NCBI GenBank assembly: GCA_016219645.1 | Contig: JACRLR010000012.1 | Coordinates: forward strand, 45,220 to 77,219 | DNA: 32,000 bases | Origin: Nitrospirota bacterium | GTDB lineage: Bacteria > Nitrospirota > Nitrospiria > Nitrospirales > Nitrospiraceae | Direction: 5' to 3' | Part shown: positions 26,394-32,000 of the stretch, one piece after another | How positions within the stretch are numbered: the stretch's first letter is position 1 | How the letters are laid out: the number at the start of each line of letters is the position of its first letter | The notes under the pieces: generated by a model | Database searches by the model: none | Told to the model about the DNA's origin: nothing | The model's input: the letters and a program-made list of their open reading frames with translations, nothing else | Program-made: the position numbers and the translations under genes

Positions 26394-26542
26394 TAGAATC
26401 TTGTCCTATTTTAGTGGCATCATAGTGGACGCATCTGCTATGAGATAACGGTTTGACACTGTCACGCGTTACCTATTGATGTCGTTGCGCCACAGAGCTC
26501 AGCGACCCACGGAAGGTCCCATAGAGGAGGGTTCGGCACATT

Positions 26543-27136
26543 ATGAGGAAATGGCACGCGACGGGGGCAGGAGCTACGATGCTCATGCTTGTAATAGCCC
26601 TGTACCACCCCAACGTAGCCACAGCACACGGCGGCGCCGAGATGGAGCAAGACCCCTGCGTACGCAAGATGGGGGAGAGTGCGGTGCATTTCAGCGCCTA
26701 TCAGCCGCAATACGAGATAAAAGATCAATACTGCACGGAAATTCCTCAGGAAGGCGATACGTTCCTGGTCGTGGACCTCGTGGACTCGGCATTGCGCAAC
26801 GAACCGGTCGGGATGAGGGTCACGAGGGGAAACGGGAAGAACGCAGCAGAGGGTGAGATTGTGGCGAACATCCGTCCAAGCACTCACCCGGACGGAGTGC
26901 TCAGAGGCGAAGTAAGGCTGGACGAAGGTATGTATACCGTCACCATTGAGTCGGAGAAACGGAATCTGACACGGCACCCGCAGTATCTCTTGCGGGTACA
27001 CATGATTGACTATCCAAAGGTTGTGATGTCCATCGCAGGACCGTTGATAGGGGTACTGCTGTTTGCCTGGCTCGTCTATAAGCTCGTACGATCGAAATGG
27101 CTACGGAAATGGTGGACTGCTGCCCCCAGTTCGTAG
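26543..27136 (+). CDS. AmoE/AmoD (PmoD-family)-like periplasmic protein with a C-terminal membrane anchor, divergent paralog 1
   Basis: Signal peptide ending ..NVATA|HGG, conserved C-X9-H (PCVRKMGESAVHFSAYQP), a second Cys (DQYCTEIP), and a C-terminal TM helix (VVMSIAGPLIGVLLFAWLVYKLV). It sits upstream of copCD, as orf4/orf5 (amoE/amoD) do in ammonia oxidisers. Assigned by architecture and synteny. Confidence 0.6.
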   Translation: MRKWHATGAGATMLMLVIALYHPNVATAHGGAEMEQDPCVRKMGESAVHFSAYQPQYEIKDQYCTEIPQEGDTFLVVDLVDSALRNEPVGMRVTRGNGKNAAEGEIVANIRPSTHPDGVLRGEVRLDEGMYTVTIESEKRNLTRHPQYLLRVHMIDYPKVVMSIAGPLIGVLLFAWLVYKLVRSKWLRKWWTAAPSS

Positions 27137-27199
27137 GGAGCCCGACGTTCCGGCCTGCGATCATAAATGGTTCACCATTCCAGAGGGAGGATCACGACA

Positions 27200-27784
27200 A
27201 TGTCTGTGCAATTTCTAAGACCCGCAGGCCTGTGCCTTCTGATGCTGGCGATCGGGGTATTCTCCTCAACACAGGCTCAGGCTCATGGGGGATTGGCTCT
27301 GGCAGAGGACATGTGCCGGCTCACCATCGGCCCCTACAACATGCACTTCACCGGCTATCAGCCTGACAACACCCGCAATAAAGAATTCTGCGAGGACATT
27401 CCAGCGACCGGCCGCACAGTCGTCGTGCTTGACTACATGGATGATGCCCTCCGCCCGCTGACTACCGAGGTTCGGGTCATTAAGGATACGGGTTCGGAAC
27501 AAGATATTCAGGCCGTCACTGTCCTTCATTTGCCACCCAAGGTTTACCCCAACGGGACGGTGAATTTTGAATATAATTTTGCCCAGCCCGGCAAATATGT
27601 CGGTCTTGTCACCGTAGGCGGGCCGCAGGAACATATCTCGCGATTCCCGTTCTCGGTGGGTGCAGGGAGCACATGGACGCCTCCCTCCTACTTCATATAC
27701 GGATTTGGCGGGGCTGCCGTTGTCGTAGCAATTATATTTTTTGCCATGCGCGGACGTCGGAATACGTCAGATAGCGCTGCATAG
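27200..27784 (+). CDS. AmoD (PmoD-family)-like periplasmic protein with a C-terminal membrane anchor, paralog 2
   Basis: The start at 27200 follows GGGAGGA; the track ORF begins at 27167. Signal peptide ..STQAQA|HGG, motif MCRLTIGPYNMHFTGYQP, EFCEDIP, and a C-terminal TM helix (YGFGGAAVVVAIIFFAM). Closely related to paralog 3. Confidence 0.65.
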   Translation: MSVQFLRPAGLCLLMLAIGVFSSTQAQAHGGLALAEDMCRLTIGPYNMHFTGYQPDNTRNKEFCEDIPATGRTVVVLDYMDDALRPLTTEVRVIKDTGSEQDIQAVTVLHLPPKVYPNGTVNFEYNFAQPGKYVGLVTVGGPQEHISRFPFSVGAGSTWTPPSYFIYGFGGAAVVVAIIFFAMRGRRNTSDSAA

Positions 27785-27951
27785 AATGGATAGGAAGCAG
27801 GCCGTTCTGTACCGGGAATACTACGCGCAGAAACAACAGAGCCAAATGGCATGCCGCTGCCGATGCGTACGATAGTTGGACGACAGGATAGAGGCCCTGA
27901 ATCATGAGCTGGCCACGCACCATAGTACCGCTGGAGTTGATAGACAAAAAC

Positions 27952-27989
27952 GTACCCGAGTCGCAACGGCGCGGATGCGACTCGGGTAC
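27952..27989 (+). other. Perfect 14-bp intercistronic stem-loop between AmoD-like paralogs 2 and 3
   Basis: GTACCCGAGTCGCA (27952-27965), 10-nt loop, TGCGACTCGGGTAC (27976-27989). No U-tract follows, and it lies 47 nt upstream of the paralog 3 start. Confidence 0.6.
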
Positions 27990-28035
27990 AGCGTAGAAAT
28001 TGAGCGCGCCGAGATAGATGGTGAGGACACCGACG

Positions 28036-28623
28036 ATGTCGTGGAAATTTTTGAAACCTGCCGGCTTATGCGTTCTGCTGGTGACGTTTGGAGTTCCGCT
28101 TTCCGCACAAGCCCAACATACGCACGAATTGGAAAAGAACTTCTGCATCCTCAAGATCGGGCCCTACGGTATGCACCTTACCGGCTATCAGCCAGAACTC
28201 TCAGCCGGAAAAGAAAGCTGCGGAGAAGTTCCGGGGGTTGGGCGCACGGTGCTGGTGCTTGATTATATCGAGGGGGAACTTCGCTCTTTGCCCGTCGAGG
28301 TTCGGATCATCAAAGACACGGGCTCGGAACAGGATCTTCAGGCCATCACGGTCCTTCACGTGCCTTCTAAGGTGTATCCCAGCGGATTCATCAGTCTCGA
28401 ACACAACTTCGACCAGCCCGGGAAATTCGTCGGGCTGATAACCCTGGGTGGGCCACATGAACATGTGGCGCGGTTCCCAATCTCTATAGGGGAATCGAAC
28501 GTGGTTTCGCATTTCATGCACTACATTATGGTCATAGTCCCGCTCGCAGCAATCGCCGGTGGAGCGGTGATCTTCTTTGTCGTGCGCGGTCGACGCAAGC
28601 CTTCGGGCAGTACAGCGACGTAG
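28036..28623 (+). CDS. AmoD (PmoD-family)-like periplasmic protein with a C-terminal membrane anchor, paralog 3
   Basis: The start at 28036 follows GGTGAGGA; the track ORF begins at 28018. Signal peptide ..PLSAQAQHTH, motif FCILKIGPYGMHLTGYQP, ESCGEVP, and a C-terminal TM helix. Confidence 0.65.
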   Translation: MSWKFLKPAGLCVLLVTFGVPLSAQAQHTHELEKNFCILKIGPYGMHLTGYQPELSAGKESCGEVPGVGRTVLVLDYIEGELRSLPVEVRIIKDTGSEQDLQAITVLHVPSKVYPSGFISLEHNFDQPGKFVGLITLGGPHEHVARFPISIGESNVVSHFMHYIMVIVPLAAIAGGAVIFFVVRGRRKPSGSTAT

Positions 28624-28728
28624 ACAGCTGGCTATCAGGCGCTGGGGAGTCCATGCGTCACACCACGCGGGCCCAATAGTTGGCCACAACACTCGGACAG
28701 GGTCGTCTGGGAAAAGGAGGAGGTCTGA

Positions 28729-29133
28729 ATGGAATCATGGACGATTCCCCCACTCAAGCACCTCGTGGTAGGCGCGGCAGTGGCAATAACGATGTGCGTG
28801 CACGTTGCCCCGGCGCTGGCCCATGCAGCCCTCGTCAAGGCAGAGCCGCCACGTCGGGCCGTCCTCGCCAAGGCCCCGGCTCACGTGCAACTCTGGTTCA
28901 ACGAGGAAATTGAGAGCGCCTATGCGTCGCTCACCGTGCTCGACGCCGGCAAAAACCCTGTTACAGCGGTCAAACCTCAACTTGCATCGAATGACCTGAA
29001 ATCCATTGTCCTGCCGCTGCCTGAGTTGGCGCCTGGGAAGTACTCGGTAAAGTTTCGGGTACTATCCTTGGACGGTCATGTAATTCAGTCATCCTTCGAC
29101 TTCACAGTAAAAGGCAACCTGCACGAGAAATGA
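28729..29133 (+). CDS. copC: Periplasmic copper chaperone CopC (Cu(II)-site-only type)
   Basis: RBS AAGGAGGAGG and signal peptide ..APALA|HAALV, giving a mature N-terminal His. Family pattern P...A.L...P..V.LWFNE.I and ..GKYSVKFRVLSLDGH...S.F.FTV (Asp-x-His of the Cu(II) site). No Met-rich Cu(I) motif. ATGA overlap with copD. Confidence 0.9.
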   Translation: MESWTIPPLKHLVVGAAVAITMCVHVAPALAHAALVKAEPPRRAVLAKAPAHVQLWFNEEIESAYASLTVLDAGKNPVTAVKPQLASNDLKSIVLPLPELAPGKYSVKFRVLSLDGHVIQSSFDFTVKGNLHEK

Positions 29134-31151
29134 TCGAGGTCATCGCAGCGCTTATCCGCTGGCTGGCGCTTGCATCCAACATGATCCTGATCGGCGGCTG
29201 CGTTTTCCTTGCGATCGCCGGGCGTGAGAGAGCCGCTTTCGACAGCCCATGGTTCGCTCGCCTGAAGCGGGCGCTACCGTGGCTCGCGATCACGCTTCTG
29301 CTGGGTCTGCTGGCCTTACTCGCTATTACAACGGCACAGGTCACGGGCAATGTTGAAAGTGCCTGGCACCCCGGAACTTGGCTTGAACTCTTACAGAAAA
29401 CTCGCATAGGCCTCATCTGGACATGGCGCGCAGCCCTTGCGCTTCTTCTGCTCGCTGTCGCCCTCTACGCTCGGCTTTCTTCCAGAACATCCTGGCAGTA
29501 CGCCTTGTGCGCAATCGTCGCTGCGCTCACGCTGGCTGTGGGGTCACTTGCGAGCCACTCTGCAGCCGAAGATCTCTCCGTGTTATCTGTGTTGCCCTAC
29601 ATGCTCCATATCGTGCTGGCAAGCGTCTGGGCCGGAGGATTGCCAGCCTTTCTCACCCTCCTGTTCGCCGCCACAGGAAAACAGCCGGACCGGAAGGCAG
29701 ATCGGTTCGGCATCCAGACCTTAACACGCTTTTCAGTCATGGCATTGCCCGTGATGATCGCGGTGATCGTGACCGGCGTCATCGTAACGTATCGGATGGT
29801 AGATACAAGCTACGCCGCATTAGCCGCAACGAGCTACGGCTGGTTTCTCAATTCAAAACTTGCACTGCTCCTGGCAATTCTCCTCATCGCCGCACGTGCG
29901 CACTTCGTCTGGGTGCCGTTACTCGGCCGGAACGAAGATGTGGCTGATGCAGGTGCGCGGGGACTTCGACGGTGGGTGACCGTCGAAGTCGTGCTTGCGT
30001 CAGCACTGGTGTTGGCAGCGACATTTCTCGCGAGCGCCGTGCCTGCGAAACATGCCGTCATTGAGGACTGGCCCTATCCATTCCGCTTCTCCATTGACGC
30101 CACCTGGGGCGAGTTCAGCGTCATGGTCCGCGTGGGGATAGGAATCGCCCTCCTGTTACTGGCAGGCGGTGCGGTCGCGCTCGGTCGATACAAGCGCTGG
30201 GGGACGAAGTGGCACATTGCCGTCCCATCTGTGCTGGCGGTTTGCGGACTGGCCGTTGCACTCCCCTCCCTTGCCGTTCAGGCCTTTCCAGAAACCTACC
30301 GCAAGACGCCGGTGCCATTCGATGCCATTTCCGTTCACAATGGCGCAACCCTATTCGCCGCAAACTGTGTGCCTTGTCATGGACCCCAGGCCAAGGGCAA
30401 TGGTGTGCTGGCCAAGACATTTGCGAAGAAACCGGTTGATCTGCTGACGGAGCCGCATACTGCGATGCATACCGCAGGCGACTTTTTCCATTGGCTGACT
30501 TACGGAATCCTAGAGTTTGGCATGCCGGCATGGGGCGACAAACTTTCGGAGGAGGATCGCTGGGATCTCGTCAATTTTCTCCATGCGATTTCCCGCGGCT
30601 ATCAAGCTCGTCTCATCAACTTCTACGTCGCTCCCAATCAGCCTTACGTCGTCCCACAGAACTTTTCCTATTCCGCACATGACGGCGCAAGCGGTACCTT
30701 GAAAGACTTTCGTCAGAAAAAATCTGTGTTGCTGACACTATTTTCATGGCCGGATTCACGCGCGAGGCTCGATCAGTTGAAGCAGGCTTACCCCGCACTA
30801 AGCAGCAGCGATACGATCGTGCTGGCGGTGCCCATCAATGACCTTAACCAACAGGATATGGCGGCGATCACCGCAGATCTGCCATTCCCAGTGGTGACTC
30901 AGGGTGCTCCGGAAATTGCACAAAGCTATGCCCTGTTCCGTAGAACCCTGAGTAATCCCGATTTGGCCGGTGAGGGGACAATGCCGAAACACATGGAGTT
31001 TCTGATTGACCGGTACGGTTTTTTGCGGGCGCGGTGGATCCCTGCAGTGGATGGAGCAGGGTGGACCGACAATAACCTATTGATGCAGCAAATTGAGCAG
31101 CTCAATCGGGAAAAAGAGATTCGGCCGCCGCCGGACGACCATGTACATTGA
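29130..31151 (+). CDS. copD: CopD-family membrane protein fused to a periplasmic cytochrome c domain and a Cys-less Sco/TlpA-like thioredoxin-fold domain
   Basis: The N-terminal ~400 aa are polytopic and CopD-like. They are followed by GATLFAANCVPCHGPQAKGNG...FGMPAWGDKLSEEDRWDLVNFL (monoheme cytochrome c). The final part is FRQKKSVLLTLFSWPDSRARLDQL...HMEFLIDRYGFLRARW (Sco/TlpA-like, with WPDSR where a CPDxC/CxxC motif would be). Confidence 0.85.
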   Translation: MIEVIAALIRWLALASNMILIGGCVFLAIAGRERAAFDSPWFARLKRALPWLAITLLLGLLALLAITTAQVTGNVESAWHPGTWLELLQKTRIGLIWTWRAALALLLLAVALYARLSSRTSWQYALCAIVAALTLAVGSLASHSAAEDLSVLSVLPYMLHIVLASVWAGGLPAFLTLLFAATGKQPDRKADRFGIQTLTRFSVMALPVMIAVIVTGVIVTYRMVDTSYAALAATSYGWFLNSKLALLLAILLIAARAHFVWVPLLGRNEDVADAGARGLRRWVTVEVVLASALVLAATFLASAVPAKHAVIEDWPYPFRFSIDATWGEFSVMVRVGIGIALLLLAGGAVALGRYKRWGTKWHIAVPSVLAVCGLAVALPSLAVQAFPETYRKTPVPFDAISVHNGATLFAANCVPCHGPQAKGNGVLAKTFAKKPVDLLTEPHTAMHTAGDFFHWLTYGILEFGMPAWGDKLSEEDRWDLVNFLHAISRGYQARLINFYVAPNQPYVVPQNFSYSAHDGASGTLKDFRQKKSVLLTLFSWPDSRARLDQLKQAYPALSSSDTIVLAVPINDLNQQDMAAITADLPFPVVTQGAPEIAQSYALFRRTLSNPDLAGEGTMPKHMEFLIDRYGFLRARWIPAVDGAGWTDNNLLMQQIEQLNREKEIRPPPDDHVH

Positions 31152-31621
31152 GGTGAATGGGAGGTGTGAATCGATGATTAGACATGGATTAGACTGTTTA
31201 TTTAATAGAGAATCTCCTCTGTGGAATAAATAGGATTGATAGGTTCCCTATAACAGAATGAGTTGCGGGTGAGATCTCTCAGCTTATGAATTTTAGTAAA
31301 TAAGCTACATGAGCGAGTTCCTTCCTTACTCTTGTTTAGCCATAGCCCAACAAGAATAATTAATAAATGTCATTATAATCAATTACTTATGATGCACTTG
31401 GCGATTATTATACGATGCCCTATCTAATCCGTGAGATCCCTGATCCGATAAACATGAGAAGCAGTGGCTCGATCACGGCACGGATTTCGCTTGCATGGCT
31501 GATACCCCCTCAGACTTGACAGGTTGCACCGTTATTGTTTATTTTATCCCCTGTGGATTATGCACTTAGCTCCAGTAAGCTTGTATCTACCGTAGCTACG
31601 TAAGGCAGTGGCATTGTTTTA

Positions 31622-32000
31622 GTGGAGGGCTATTTGCGGACCCTCGCCGAGTTCGAACAGCGCTTCGCCACAGAAGGTGCATGCCGTGCCTACCTGGCTC
31701 GGCTCCGGTGGCCCACCGGATTTCGCTGTCCTCAGTGCACAACCAACGGCAGCTGGACAACCACACGATCCCTCTTGATGTGCCGACAGTGTGGATACCA
31801 GGCTTCTGTCACGGCTGGGACGATCTTCCATCGAACCCGAATTCCCCTACAAGATTGGTTCCGAGCGTTGTGGTGGATGACTGATCATAAGAACAGGCTC
31901 AGCGCCTCCGGGTTGCAGCGTCTACTAGGCCTTGGCAGTTATAGGACGGCATGGTTGTGGCTGCAGAAACTACAGCGCGCAATGGTGCGCCCTGGGATGG
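31622..32000 (+). mobile_element. IS1595-family (ISXO2-like) transposase gene, 5' part; continues beyond the window
   Basis: The frame is open from GTG at 31622 to the window end: VEGYLRTLAEFEQRFATEGACRAYLARLRWPTGFRCPQCTTNGSWTTTRSLLMCRQCGYQASVTAGTIFHRTRIPLQDWFRALWWMT... This is the transposase zinc-ribbon N-terminus (RWP.GF.CP.C...C..C) typical of IS1595/ISXO2-like elements. It is absent from the ORF track because it has no stop in the window and a non-ATG start. Confidence 0.8.

Noticed and set aside
26462-27001. 179-aa minus-strand ORF
   Set aside because: It is antisense to the amoE-like gene. That gene has signal-peptide/TM architecture and two downstream paralogs supporting the plus-strand frame.
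27732-28154. 140-aa minus-strand ORF spanning the gap between AmoD-like paralogs 2 and 3
   Set aside because: It overlaps the ends of both flanking plus-strand genes and the perfect stem-loop. It has no RBS and no recognisable domain.
31619-31884. ORFs at 31619-31831(-) and 31681-31884(+)
   Set aside because: Both overlap the frame-2 ORF that encodes an unmistakable IS1595 zinc-ribbon transposase N-terminus, so they are off-frame or antisense artefacts.

Overview
This window looks like the ammonia-oxidation accessory locus of a nitrifier. Gene content and order fit a comammox-type Nitrospira best; this is an inference, and no rRNA is present to confirm it. The core is a 12.6-kb co-directional minus-strand block running from 26138 down to 13539: ccmABCDEFGHI (System I cytochrome c maturation), then a stand-alone paralog of the CcmI C-terminal domain, then haoA-haoB-cycA-cycB. 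Diverging from ccmA on the plus strand (26543-31151) are three AmoE/AmoD (PmoD)-like membrane-anchored periplasmic proteins, copC, and a long copD fusion. No amoCAB is present. After copD come a ~470-bp AT-rich tract and the 5' part of an IS1595-family transposase that runs off the window. The left 13 kb holds an Rrf2-like regulator tail, a TauE/SafE permease, an FN3 lipoprotein, decayed HlyD and PIN (VapC) fragments, a Sel1-repeat protein, an SmbP-like His-rich metal-binding gene interrupted by an in-frame TAG, a secreted hypothetical protein, an M28 peptidase and a lipoprotein. It also holds an operon of a monoheme cytochrome c plus two tandem NirK-like proteins, a DUF1566 protein and a membrane protein. 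The main observations are: (1) the two NirK-like paralogs have lost copper-site ligands reciprocally, as expected if only a heteromeric interface forms a complete type-2 Cu site; (2) ccmI carries a recent 390-bp in-frame tandem duplication of its C-terminal domain, and a third, secreted copy of that domain sits directly upstream of haoA behind a duplicated promoter/leader-like element; (3) the AmoD/E-like triplet has a predicted mature N-terminal His (clear in two of three copies) and a conserved C-X9-H motif; (4) copD is fused to a cytochrome c domain and a Cys-less Sco/TlpA-like domain. No tRNA, rRNA or CRISPR array was seen. All family assignments come from motif recognition by eye, not database searches.
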